The notes beneath the pieces are model-generated. The model saw only the letters and a list, made by a program, of their open reading frames with translations, did no database searches and was not told where the DNA came from. From IMG/VR virus record IMGVR_UViG_3300020188_000808, positions 62,001 through 126,000 of that record: a DNA stretch of 64,000 bases. One strand, written 5' to 3'. The position numbers and the translations under genes are program-made. How positions within the stretch are numbered: the stretch's first letter is position 1; every line of letters starts with the position of its first letter. Below are positions 45,636-54,714 of this stretch, in pieces.

Positions 45636-47792
45636 TTACTTTGCTATTAACATTTGACGTACTTGTTTTTGTACGCCTGCTTTACTAATTCTATCTACTA
45701 GATCTGGTAAGTTAACTCCGCTACTCTGTTGTGCAGTTCCTCCACCTAAACTTTGTTTAACACTATCAACATTTACACCAGACTTTTTAATTTTTTGTGC
45801 TAGTGTTGCAACATTGCTTTGTGTTGGTGTAGCTTGTGCTGATCCTTGTTTAGCTTGTGCTTTAGCTTGTGCTGAAGCTGGAACTTTTGGTTTCTTTGCA
45901 TAATCTCCGCCTGTTGCTTTTGCTGGTTTATCTGGAGTACCTGTAGGATAACTTAGGGGAGTTTTGCCCGGAGTAGGTGAGCTAGATGGCTCTTGTTTGT
46001 CATTTTTAGTTGATGCTTGTGCTTGTGTAGCTGTAGCTTTATCACCGCTTGTTGACGCTGTATCTGCGTCTGTGGCACCATCTGTAGGTGCTTTAGTTAC
46101 TTCATCTGGACTAATTGGTGCTTGTGTTGATCCTGCAATACTGCTTATCTGATCATTAGTTAACCCTGCACCTGATAATATATTTACAATGCTACCAGAA
46201 TCAGTTGGTTCGCCCATCTTCTTCCAATCTTTATTAAGTTTGTTAGCAGTAACTTTATTACCTACATCTTTGGCACCTTGCTTAACTGCACCAACTGCAC
46301 TTTTAGCACCTTGAGCAACTGCACCTGCGGCTCTACTTGCAACTTTGCCTACACCACGTTTTAGTTTAGCACCAAGTGTGTTAGGATTGTTTAATGGTAG
46401 TTCACCTTGTGCAGGTTCTGCTTCTTGTAAGTATTCGTTAAATGCAGTTTCATAATCAATTGATTCTGCTTTGTCGCCTACTGCTCCAAAGTCTGAAAGT
46501 TTTTGACTCTTGTCAAAGTTTTTATCTACAGGTGTTGCATCACTTCCGCCTTTAAGATCTAATTCAAGTTGTTTCTTTTCTTCTGGATCAATTGGTTTGA
46601 CTTTGTGCATTTCTTTGTTGTTGTCGTCAACAGTTTGTAGAGCACCTTGTGCCGCCGCACCAATTGCGCCACCGGCGCCACTTAATGTTTCAATTGCTTT
46701 GTCAGCATTGTCAAGCACAGCAATAGCCGCATCCAGTTGATCACCTGTTAGTGCATCTTTAGGAATGTCTGCTATAGTTTTTGCAAGTGCAGTTAGGTCT
46801 GCGTTTGCTTGTTGTGTTGTTGACATAAATCCGTGCAACTTACCTGCCGCTTCGTAATATTCAGGACTAAAAACTTTTGCATTTGATGCCGCATCTGATA
46901 GTGCTTTATATTGTGCAACTTGATCAGCAGTCATAGTTAAATCATAATTGTAAAAGAAGCCGTTGATGTTACCAGACATTTTTAAATTACGTGCACCGTC
47001 AAGTACACCTGCATCAAAACCTGCATCTGCTACTGCACCATCTACTGCCGCAGTAAAGTTGGCTTTTTCAAAAGCATCCATCATAGCGTCTGCTTCTGCT
47101 TCACTGCCCGTTGCAATGTTATCGACCATATTATCAGTTAGCCCTTGAATTGCCAAACCAGCAAGAGCACCATATGCCGCTGTTTTAACTGACTTACCAA
47201 CTGCTGTTGAAAGTTTTTCACCTTGTAATAGATCTTTTGTTGAACGCAGTACTAAACCTGCGGCCGCACCACCTAATGGTCCGCCTGCAAAGGCCGCAAC
47301 AGTTGTTAAAATACCAACTGCTAATGAAGCCTTACCTGGATTTGCTTTTGCCCAATCACTGACAGCTTTTACACCTGCAACAATTTTACCGTCACTTGAT
47401 CCAATTTTCTTTTTAAGTTCTTCAAACTTTGCATCAGCATTTTTAATTGGGCCTGCGTTTTGTGCTAGTTTGCCCAGCTCATTAATCTTTGCATCAACTT
47501 TTTTAGCTAGGTCAACGGGTAATTTAGCCGCCGCTCCAACTGCTGAACCTGCTTTACCAAGTGCAGTTTTGTTATCTCCACTGGCCATTGCTGTTTCTTC
47601 AGCGCCTTTGAAGATTGCTTGTATTTGATCTGATGTTAATTCTGCTTCTGCTAGTTTTGCATAAGACTCAACTAGTGGCCAAAGCTCTAATTCAAAGCGT
47701 GTTAGATAATTTTGTTGTGCTTCGTTTAGATCTTGCCAACCCTCGTTTAAAATTGTTTGGGTTTTGCTTGTAATTACTTCGTTGAGTTTCAT
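45636..47792 (-). CDS. Putative internal head/ejection protein
   Basis: 718 aa. N-terminal MKLNEVIT...LNE, Ala/Gly-rich, one hydrophobic hairpin. Confidence 0.55.
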   Translation of the reverse strand: MKLNEVITSKTQTILNEGWQDLNEAQQNYLTRFELELWPLVESYAKLAEAELTSDQIQAIFKGAEETAMASGDNKTALGKAGSAVGAAAKLPVDLAKKVDAKINELGKLAQNAGPIKNADAKFEELKKKIGSSDGKIVAGVKAVSDWAKANPGKASLAVGILTTVAAFAGGPLGGAAAGLVLRSTKDLLQGEKLSTAVGKSVKTAAYGALAGLAIQGLTDNMVDNIATGSEAEADAMMDAFEKANFTAAVDGAVADAGFDAGVLDGARNLKMSGNINGFFYNYDLTMTADQVAQYKALSDAASNAKVFSPEYYEAAGKLHGFMSTTQQANADLTALAKTIADIPKDALTGDQLDAAIAVLDNADKAIETLSGAGGAIGAAAQGALQTVDDNNKEMHKVKPIDPEEKKQLELDLKGGSDATPVDKNFDKSQKLSDFGAVGDKAESIDYETAFNEYLQEAEPAQGELPLNNPNTLGAKLKRGVGKVASRAAGAVAQGAKSAVGAVKQGAKDVGNKVTANKLNKDWKKMGEPTDSGSIVNILSGAGLTNDQISSIAGSTQAPISPDEVTKAPTDGATDADTASTSGDKATATQAQASTKNDKQEPSSSPTPGKTPLSYPTGTPDKPAKATGGDYAKKPKVPASAQAKAQAKQGSAQATPTQSNVATLAQKIKKSGVNVDSVKQSLGGGTAQQSSGVNLPDLVDRISKAGVQKQVRQMLIAK

Positions 47793-47802
47793 CAGTCAGT
47801 CC

Positions 47803-48318
47803 TTAGAGTAGTTTTGCTAATTCTGCTTTGTCCTGAGGACTAAGTGCATCAATTTCTTTTTGTAAATCTGCAGGAATTCCTCCTTGGGCACTTGCTGATC
47901 CAAATTTATCACCTAAACTAGCTGGACTACTTGCAGTTGCCGCTTGTCCTGCCGCACCTTTGAAAGAATCTTGTGCAATTCCTTGTAACAAATCGTCTAC
48001 TTGTTTAGGAGTCATTTGTCCTTGTACACCTTGCATACGCTTTGTTGGAAGTTTTTGTTTTTGTAAAAAGTCCATAACTTGATCTGCTGTTGGTTGTTTA
48101 GCATTACCACCAGTTTGACCCATATAGCCTCTATATTGTGTGAATATCTCTTTTGCTCTGGCGTTTTGATCTACTTTACCTGACATGCCAGCCGCTGTGC
48201 CTTTAGCGCCAACGGCGCCCGCTACTTTTGCGCCAGCTTTTCTTGCTAGGTTACCTAGGGCACTTCCGCCAGGAGCCTCAGAGACTGTTGTTTCTGTAAC
48301 TATTTGATTGATTTTCAT
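47803..48318 (-). CDS. Putative internal head protein
   Basis: 171 aa. N-terminal MKINQIVTE. Shares modules with 45636..47792. Late promoter at 48340-48346. Confidence 0.55.
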   Translation of the reverse strand: MKINQIVTETTVSEAPGGSALGNLARKAGAKVAGAVGAKGTAAGMSGKVDQNARAKEIFTQYRGYMGQTGGNAKQPTADQVMDFLQKQKLPTKRMQGVQGQMTPKQVDDLLQGIAQDSFKGAAGQAATASSPASLGDKFGSASAQGGIPADLQKEIDALSPQDKAELAKLL

Positions 48319-48382
48319 AGCAAACTCCTTTGTATAATATATTTATACTTAATTAGTTCTAAATCCTCATTAAATAAACAAT

Positions 48383-48565
48383 ATGGTTATACGTTATGTT
48401 ATATCGTCTAACGGCGAAGTAGTTGCAACACTTAATAGTATGGATGAAGCAACACAAGCCGTTGAGATGTTTAAACTTCAATCTCCTCATAATACATTCG
48501 AAATCGATACTATCAATGTTAGTCTTGTAAAGTCTGGTTTTGGAAGAGATCCTGATCTACACTAA
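48383..48565 (+). CDS. Small hypothetical protein
   Basis: 60 aa, with TTAAATA at 48370-48376 upstream. Confidence 0.5.
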   Translation: MVIRYVISSNGEVVATLNSMDEATQAVEMFKLQSPHNTFEIDTINVSLVKSGFGRDPDLH

Positions 48566-48574
48566 ATAATCCAC

Positions 48575-48646
48575 ATGTGTTCGCCTATATTTTACTTTGT
48601 GATTTTGACTATTGTGTTATTATGGATACTCTATAAACATAATTAG
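48575..48646 (+). CDS. Possible 23-aa membrane peptide
   Basis: MCSPIFYFVILTIVLLWILYKHN*. CTAAATA at 48562-48568, hairpin plus T-tract at 48648-48675. Confidence 0.3.
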   Translation: MCSPIFYFVILTIVLLWILYKHN

Positions 48647-48734
48647 GAACAAGTACTGCGTACTTGTTGTTTTTCGCTATCGCTCAAACACTTATATCTT
48701 TTAATCTTAATAAGGAATAATTATACTTAATAAT

Positions 48735-49100
48735 AAGTGCGAAGCACTTTAGCATTATCTAGATAGTTGAGCCACAATTCGCCCGTTGCCGGACGAATTA
48801 AAAAAAATGACTACTCCTACATTATCTGAGTGAGCATCGCCACAATCTATTAAAGAAGATTGTAATATAATTACACGGAGGCGGCGTACCGCATACCCCC
48901 TACTTCAGCATTCGCATAATACGCGGAAAGCAGTTAATCCCTAATAGTCGAAATTACTTACTTTGTGGTTGTATCTTTTTCACAGAGCCACGATCTTTTA
49001 TACCTAAGTTAGTATTGTCCTTGCAACGCACTAGTCCACCGGTGTATTTCTCACAAGTTCAAAGTGAGTCGAGCTACCTCGACCAAACAATGTTGCTATG
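48735..49100 (-). ncRNA. Candidate ~370-nt multi-hairpin structured RNA downstream of GIY-YIG gene
   Basis: At least 7 stems, including a 10-bp stem with GCAA loop and a G-U pair (48776-48799) and GCGG-UACG-CCGC (48881-48892). No ORF of 60 aa or more. Confidence 0.6.
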
Positions 49101-49105
49101 TTTGC

Positions 49106-49528
49106 CTATAATTTGCGTAATTCTTCTTTAAGAATCTTTGATCCGCCAACTCTAACATTAATGATTCCGTTGTAGTAATCATCTGTTTCAAGTACTCTGC
49201 GTTCAAACTGCTCTCGTGCCTCTAAGTAACTTGCTAAGCCTCTGCTTTTACAATAATATAATATTTCTCTGGTGAAATTTTTCTGGCCTAATTCTTCAAC
49301 GTCTCTTAATAAGTTATCACTGGAGCCCCAATAGTCTCTCCAATCTGATTCTTTAGTTCCACGTCTTTTGTTTTTTCTGCCTTTGAGCGGTGGCTTAGTT
49401 GTCTTAAACTTAGCTAATTTTTTGCCTATGTACTTACGATTGTTAGTTTTATTAGTGATTAAGTAAACAAATGCTTCGCAATCTGTTGGAAGTTCGTCTA
49501 TTTTTTTACTTTTGTAAGTCCACTGCAT
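49106..49528 (-). CDS. GIY-YIG family nuclease (stand-alone catalytic domain)
   Basis: 140 aa. AFVYLITNKTNNRKYIG, YWGSS, LEAREQ, YYNG. Confidence 0.85.
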   Translation of the reverse strand: MQWTYKSKKIDELPTDCEAFVYLITNKTNNRKYIGKKLAKFKTTKPPLKGRKNKRRGTKESDWRDYWGSSDNLLRDVEELGQKNFTREILYYCKSRGLASYLEAREQFERRVLETDDYYNGIINVRVGGSKILKEELRKL

Positions 49529-49556
49529 GAACTTACTTACATTGTGTCTAGGGGTA

Positions 49557-49760
49557 TTACTCTTGATTGTGGTTCTTCTTGTTAGATGTAAAGTCGTCCA
49601 TGATTTCTACTCTGCGTGTAGAGCACAAACGACGAATTTCGCTTAACCACCTACGTGCTTCACGTTTAGTACGTTCGCTTTTGCGAATTTCAAACGCTTC
49701 ATTGGCTTTATAGTATTGCATATAAGCCTTAGTAAGTAAATCATGCGTATCGTCAGTCAT
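49557..49760 (-). CDS. Small hypothetical helical protein
   Basis: 67 aa, translationally coupled to gp46. Confidence 0.65.
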   Translation of the reverse strand: MTDDTHDLLTKAYMQYYKANEAFEIRKSERTKREARRWLSEIRRLCSTRRVEIMDDFTSNKKNHNQE

Positions 49761-51529
49761 TATCGTATTTCTATATCGTTATCATAACTAGTAAAGCCAT
49801 TTTCCTTAACAACTCTAAGTACATTTGTAACTCTACCAATTAGTTCATCTTTGTGTGAGATTAGATAAACGTTTTTACTACGCTCTCTAGCCATTTTCTT
49901 AAGAATACTAATAGAGCTTTCAACACCTGCGGTATCCATACCACTATCAATAAGCTCATCAATGAATAGTAAGTTAATGTTTTGATATAAACTTTCCCAC
50001 ACATCACGGAATGACCAACTCATACCAAGTATAAGTCTGTTACGTTCACCTCTACTCAAGTTATCAAAGTCTAAGTCCTGTCCTAGTTGTTGTATTTCAA
50101 CTGTTAGGTCATTTTTAAACACTACAGTATGTGGTAACCCTATTTTGTCTAAGTAATATGTAAGTCTGTTGTTTAAGTATGCTAAGTTTTGTTCAATAAT
50201 CTTCTTACGAATAAAACTATCTTTGTTTGTTAGTAACTTATATAAAAAGTCTTGATGTTCTTTAGTACTAGTCAATTCATTTACTGTTTCCCAGTTAAGT
50301 TCTTGAATAGCAGTTTCTTTTAAATCATCAATTTGTTCTTGGTAAGGGTCAACTTCATCTTGTTTTGCCTGCAACGTAAGTTTCAAATTTTCAACATTAT
50401 GTTGATGCTCATATGCTTCTTTGGCATTTTCGTAAAATGTGTTAGGCTTACTTTCAACGTCACCAAGGTCTTCAATCTTTTTAACTACCTTTTCAAACTT
50501 TTCAGCAATCTCAATTAGGTATGTGTGTGCATCGCCATAATCGGTTTGCAGTTTATCTTTAAGTTCTTCTAATTTTTCATCATGTAAGTCTTGTCCACAA
50601 GCATAACACTTTGCATGTTCTAAGTCATCTAGTTCTTTACCAGACTTTTTCATGTTCTTGTCAGCTTGTTCTAAAGCACGTTCAATAGTAGCTCGTTCTT
50701 TGATCAAGTTATTGTGTTTAGTTGTTTTCTCTGACCAAGAACTTAACAAGTCATGTGCTTCTAGTTCAGCATCAATATCTAACTTTTCTAATTCTTTAAT
50801 TGCTTTGGCAAGTTTATCACAGTCTTGTTTGTTTTGAGAGATCCATGCTTTACGTCTAGTGTGCAATCTATCAATATTTTCTGTAATTTTTTCGTTACTT
50901 GCTGTTACTGCCGTGAGTCTAGCAGTTTCTTCTGTGAGTTGGTCCTTAACAATCTTAGATTGCTCTCTAAGTTTATCAGCCTTCTCACTTAATATAGTAA
51001 TACCTAATAGTTGTTCAATGATTGCACGTTGATCGTTGCTTTTTAAAGATAAAAACGGTTCAGTATATGTGTTAAGTGCAAGAATATGTTTGAACATCTC
51101 ATGACTCATACCAAGTAGTGTGTTAATATCTTCTTGTGTCTTGCGACTATCACCTTGACTTTCGTCTGTAATCTCTTGATCAGTACCATCAATGCTAAAT
51201 TTTAACAAATTAGGCTTACGTCCACGTTCAATATGATAATTTCTACCATCTTTTTCAAACGTGAGTGTTACTAACATCGCTTTGTTATTAGTTTTGTTAA
51301 CTAAATTATCTTTGCGTATGTTAGTTAGTGCTTGGCCGTACAGGGCGTAGGATAATGCGTTGATTATCGTAGTTTTACCTGTACCGTTACGGGAACCAGA
51401 ATCGTCACCTCCTTGATCTAAGTTTTCACCAAGCACTAACGTTAGTTGTTCTCTATCAAAGTCAACTCCTTGTGTAGAATTACCTACACTCATGAAATTT
51501 TTGACTGTTAATTCTTTAATTTTAATCAT
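49760..51529 (-). CDS. gp46: Recombination endonuclease ATPase subunit, gp46/SbcC/Rad50-like
   Basis: 589 aa. Walker A NGTGKTT, zinc hook CYAC, signature LSRGE, Walker B LFIDE. Confidence 0.95.
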   Translation of the reverse strand: MIKIKELTVKNFMSVGNSTQGVDFDREQLTLVLGENLDQGGDDSGSRNGTGKTTIINALSYALYGQALTNIRKDNLVNKTNNKAMLVTLTFEKDGRNYHIERGRKPNLLKFSIDGTDQEITDESQGDSRKTQEDINTLLGMSHEMFKHILALNTYTEPFLSLKSNDQRAIIEQLLGITILSEKADKLREQSKIVKDQLTEETARLTAVTASNEKITENIDRLHTRRKAWISQNKQDCDKLAKAIKELEKLDIDAELEAHDLLSSWSEKTTKHNNLIKERATIERALEQADKNMKKSGKELDDLEHAKCYACGQDLHDEKLEELKDKLQTDYGDAHTYLIEIAEKFEKVVKKIEDLGDVESKPNTFYENAKEAYEHQHNVENLKLTLQAKQDEVDPYQEQIDDLKETAIQELNWETVNELTSTKEHQDFLYKLLTNKDSFIRKKIIEQNLAYLNNRLTYYLDKIGLPHTVVFKNDLTVEIQQLGQDLDFDNLSRGERNRLILGMSWSFRDVWESLYQNINLLFIDELIDSGMDTAGVESSISILKKMARERSKNVYLISHKDELIGRVTNVLRVVKENGFTSYDNDIEIR

Positions 51530-52538
51530 CTCTACCTAGATCCCTGTATATGTCTAACAGTTTTTTCCTATCAAAATTGTCTGAGTCAATTGCTTCAATC
51601 TCTTTAGCTACAATTTCATCAACACTTTCAAACTGTGCGATGTCAATTTCACTATTCATCTCGTCATCTTTGGTACTAGGAATTAATGTAATTTCTCTAC
51701 ATTCGTATTCTTTAATAAATGTTTCTTTAATAAAACTTGCTTCTTCGTAACTAATAGGTAAGTCTAGTGTAACTCTCAAATACATCTTGGGTTTAATAAG
51801 TGTATCTTTCTCATCTAGTAGTTGGCTAAGTTTAACTGTGCGATACTTAGGACAGTTCCACCAGTTAATATACTGTGGTTCACCGCCATGTTCTAAAATC
51901 ATCATACCACGCTCGTCATCCCATGCATCTGCATAGTTGTGTGGTAAAGCATTTCCAATATAGTGTACAGGCCCTTTTACTTGTCGCTTGTGAAAGTGTC
52001 CACTAAACACATATTCTTGGTGTTGGAAATGTTCTGCTCTAAGTTCTCCGTGGTCTGGCATCTGTACCATAGCATTCATATAGAAACTAGGCAGTTCAAA
52101 GTGTCCAAATATATACTTGCTTTTAATTTTACTAATCTTTTTCCATTCGTCGCCTACTAACCAAGGAACAAGTGTACTATCACCAATGGTCATTATTTCA
52201 TTAACCATTGTAATGCCTTCAATATGCTTACCAAAAGCAACTGAATTTAAATCTCTTTTATCTTTATAATATAAATCGTGGTTACCAGGAAAGAAATAAA
52301 ACTTTTCAAATGCCTTACCAAGTTTTTCCAATGCTCGAAGCGTAGCATCAAGGGTGGTAATATTCAAACTGTTTCTATTATGATGCCAGTCACCCATAAA
52401 GATGCCAGTCTCACAGCCGTTAGCCTGAGCCTGTTCAATGTACCAATCTACAAATTCTTCGCAGTCGTCATTGTGTGTTTTAGAATTGGACTTGAGTCCA
52501 AAGTGTATGTCTGTAAAGACAGCCGCTTTTTTAAACAA
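51522..52538 (-). CDS. gp47: Recombination endonuclease nuclease subunit, gp47/SbcD/Mre11-like
   Basis: 338 aa. DIHFG, GDWHH, GNHD, GHFE, SGHFH metallophosphoesterase motifs. Confidence 0.95.
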   Translation of the reverse strand: MFKKAAVFTDIHFGLKSNSKTHNDDCEEFVDWYIEQAQANGCETGIFMGDWHHNRNSLNITTLDATLRALEKLGKAFEKFYFFPGNHDLYYKDKRDLNSVAFGKHIEGITMVNEIMTIGDSTLVPWLVGDEWKKISKIKSKYIFGHFELPSFYMNAMVQMPDHGELRAEHFQHQEYVFSGHFHKRQVKGPVHYIGNALPHNYADAWDDERGMMILEHGGEPQYINWWNCPKYRTVKLSQLLDEKDTLIKPKMYLRVTLDLPISYEEASFIKETFIKEYECREITLIPSTKDDEMNSEIDIAQFESVDEIVAKEIEAIDSDNFDRKKLLDIYRDLGRDD

Positions 52539-52563
52539 AATTATACCTCACGATTCATACTTT

Positions 52564-52592
52564 ATTGTACAACATATAGTTTTTACTGTCAA
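52564..52592 (-). promoter_or_regulatory. Sigma70-type promoter for gp47-46
   Basis: TTGACA (52592-52587), N17, TACAAT (52569-52564). Confidence 0.8.
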
Positions 52593-52593
52593 C

Positions 52594-53454
52594 CTATTTT
52601 TTAACGGGTATAGTAGTAACTGTCGAAGACGATGCATACTTTTTATTATGTGCGTCTAATTCGGCTTCCCATTGTCCTTGATTCTGTCTTGTAAAAGATG
52701 GCGTCATGTCGTTCATCTCAAGGATGTCATCTCTTATATTTTGATTACGTTTTTCAATATTAATAATTCTAACAAATGAGTTTGTAACCGCCGCAGTATA
52801 ATAAGCAAATGGATTATTTGATTTTGACTCGTCAAACTGTAAACCAATCTGTGTTAATTGTAGGATTGCCTGTCCTCGCATTTCGTCATTATATGTATAA
52901 CCTCTTACATTACCACGTGTAGCATAACGCTCACATAGCTTCATCCACATCATAGCAAGTTTTCTAGTTGCTTGTCCGCCAGATAAACTAAAATGTCCAT
53001 TCTCCATTCCACCTTCCCAATGACTTTTACCTACAAGCTCTAATTCGTCGTTGTCGTTAAACTTGTAGTGTACAAATGGGGGAAAGTTTAATTTTACCTT
53101 AGTATCTGCTACTGTTTTAGGATTTTTCTTCCTACCTTTTTCTTCTGGAATGTGATCATATGTCATAACACGGAAAATTAGGTCTGTTTTAGCTATTTTT
53201 CGGTAGTCTATTTCAGTATCAGCTTGTTTGACCTTTTCACCAGCCAGCTTTCTTCGAGTATATTCGTCATAACTGATTCGTTTTGCTTGGTTTCTTTTAG
53301 CTTCTGCTATAGTTCTAATATTAATTTTTGCAACATCAGGTAAAATGATGTCAAATTGTGCATAAGCGTCATCTGTAAAACTGCTAAATGTACTTTTAGA
53401 TTTGTGTATTTCTAATAACAAATCTCTGTTGTTTAAATAATTTACTTTTCTCAT
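52594..53454 (-). CDS. gp55: Late-transcription sigma factor, gp55-like
   Basis: 286 aa. YLNNRDLL, NVRGYTYNDEMRGQAIL, FDESKSNNPFAYYT...NSFVRIINIEKRNQ. Confidence 0.88.
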   Translation of the reverse strand: MRKVNYLNNRDLLLEIHKSKSTFSSFTDDAYAQFDIILPDVAKINIRTIAEAKRNQAKRISYDEYTRRKLAGEKVKQADTEIDYRKIAKTDLIFRVMTYDHIPEEKGRKKNPKTVADTKVKLNFPPFVHYKFNDNDELELVGKSHWEGGMENGHFSLSGGQATRKLAMMWMKLCERYATRGNVRGYTYNDEMRGQAILQLTQIGLQFDESKSNNPFAYYTAAVTNSFVRIINIEKRNQNIRDDILEMNDMTPSFTRQNQGQWEAELDAHNKKYASSSTVTTIPVKK

Positions 53455-53480
53455 GTATGAATTCTCCAGGTTATAGTTCT

Positions 53481-53516
53481 ATTATAAACTACTAACTTAA
53501 TAAAGTCAACTAAATA
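53481..53516. promoter_or_regulatory. Abutting divergent promoters: sigma70-type for gp55 (minus) and late motif for baseplate operon (plus)
   Basis: Minus TTGACT (53509-53504)-N17-TATAAT (53486-53481). Plus CTAAATA 53510-53516. Confidence 0.7.
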
Positions 53517-53535
53517 CTTGTAGGAGATTGCCAAT

Positions 53536-54408
53536 ATGTCAATAGATTTTGCGAAAATAGGAAACAACATCAAAAGTGGTGTCCAAGATGCTACCGCTGA
53601 TTTCACTAAGGGAGTAGCCGACGCGGCAAATGCTATTTCAGAATTTGTCAACGTTGACGGCTTTGCAAAAGCTCTTCGTGGTAAAAATTTACCAGGAAAA
53701 GACAAAGGCCCATTAGGAAATATGGACGGCAACGTTTCGTTTGCCAAACCAACCAACCGTGATTGGCGTGTTAAATTAAGTATGCCTAATCTTGAGTCTT
53801 TCAATAAATCTCCGTTATTGCAACCACTTGCTAAAACAAATGGTTTAGTTTTTCCGTATACGCCTACAATTATTGTAGCACACTCGGCAAACTATAGTGC
53901 AATTACTCCTACACATACTAATTATCCGTATTATGCGTATCAAAACTCACAAGTGGATCAGTTGGTTATCACAGGTGACTTTTTTGTACAAAACGGAATT
54001 GAAGCAAAATATTGGGTTGCGGCATTACACTATCTACGTTCAGTGACTAAAATGTTTTATGGCGGCGAAGGAGATACACTAGGTGCTCCACCTCCAGTTA
54101 TTAAATTAAACGGATACGGAGATTTTATTTTTAACAATGTCCCTTGTGTTGTTACTAACTTCACAGTTGATTTACCACAAGACGTTGATTATATTGCAAC
54201 AGGATTGAATACACCAATTACAACAAAGTCAGATCAAGAAACTGATAAAACTCCAGAGAGTACTAGAGACGGAGTAAGTTGGGCACCAACACAAAGTTTA
54301 ATAACAGTTACAGTACAACCAATTTACAGTAGGCGCGAGATTGAACAGTTTAGTTTACAAAAATATGTCAATGGCGACTATGTTAAAAGTGGTGGAGGAT
54401 TTATTTAA
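53536..54408 (+). CDS. Tail tube initiator/cap-like protein (gp48/gp54 class)
   Basis: 290 aa. FPYTPTI...GAPPPVIKLNGYG...NVPCVVTNFTVDLP. Confidence 0.65.
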   Translation: MSIDFAKIGNNIKSGVQDATADFTKGVADAANAISEFVNVDGFAKALRGKNLPGKDKGPLGNMDGNVSFAKPTNRDWRVKLSMPNLESFNKSPLLQPLAKTNGLVFPYTPTIIVAHSANYSAITPTHTNYPYYAYQNSQVDQLVITGDFFVQNGIEAKYWVAALHYLRSVTKMFYGGEGDTLGAPPPVIKLNGYGDFIFNNVPCVVTNFTVDLPQDVDYIATGLNTPITTKSDQETDKTPESTRDGVSWAPTQSLITVTVQPIYSRREIEQFSLQKYVNGDYVKSGGGFI

Positions 54409-54713
54409 TGGCAGACTATTCCCAATCTAGTCCATGGTTTGCTACTCCGGAAAACGAAAGCGGTGAGTATATGGACTTACTTAGAGTTCGTACTGTACCG
54501 GCATCATCAGATGACGCCTTATACGAAATTGAACCTCAGTATAATTATAGACCAGATCTACTAGCATATGACTTATATGGAAGTCCAAAGTTATGGTGGG
54601 TGTTTGCCCAACGTAATATGGATACTATTAAAGATCCTGTCTATGACATAAAAGTTGGAACTAAAATTTATCTACCTAACGCTTCTGCACTTTCTGATAG
54701 ACTAGGAGTTTAA
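54408..54713 (+). CDS. gp53: Baseplate wedge protein, gp53-like (LysM-like)
   Basis: 101 aa. RPDLLAYDLYGSPKLWWVFAQRN. Confidence 0.85.
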   Translation: MADYSQSSPWFATPENESGEYMDLLRVRTVPASSDDALYEIEPQYNYRPDLLAYDLYGSPKLWWVFAQRNMDTIKDPVYDIKVGTKIYLPNASALSDRLGV

Positions 54714-54714
54714 T

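Noticed and set aside
48735-49528. Group I intron carrying a GIY-YIG homing endonuclease
   Set aside because: No interrupted host gene on either side and no recognisable P/Q/R/S core sequences.
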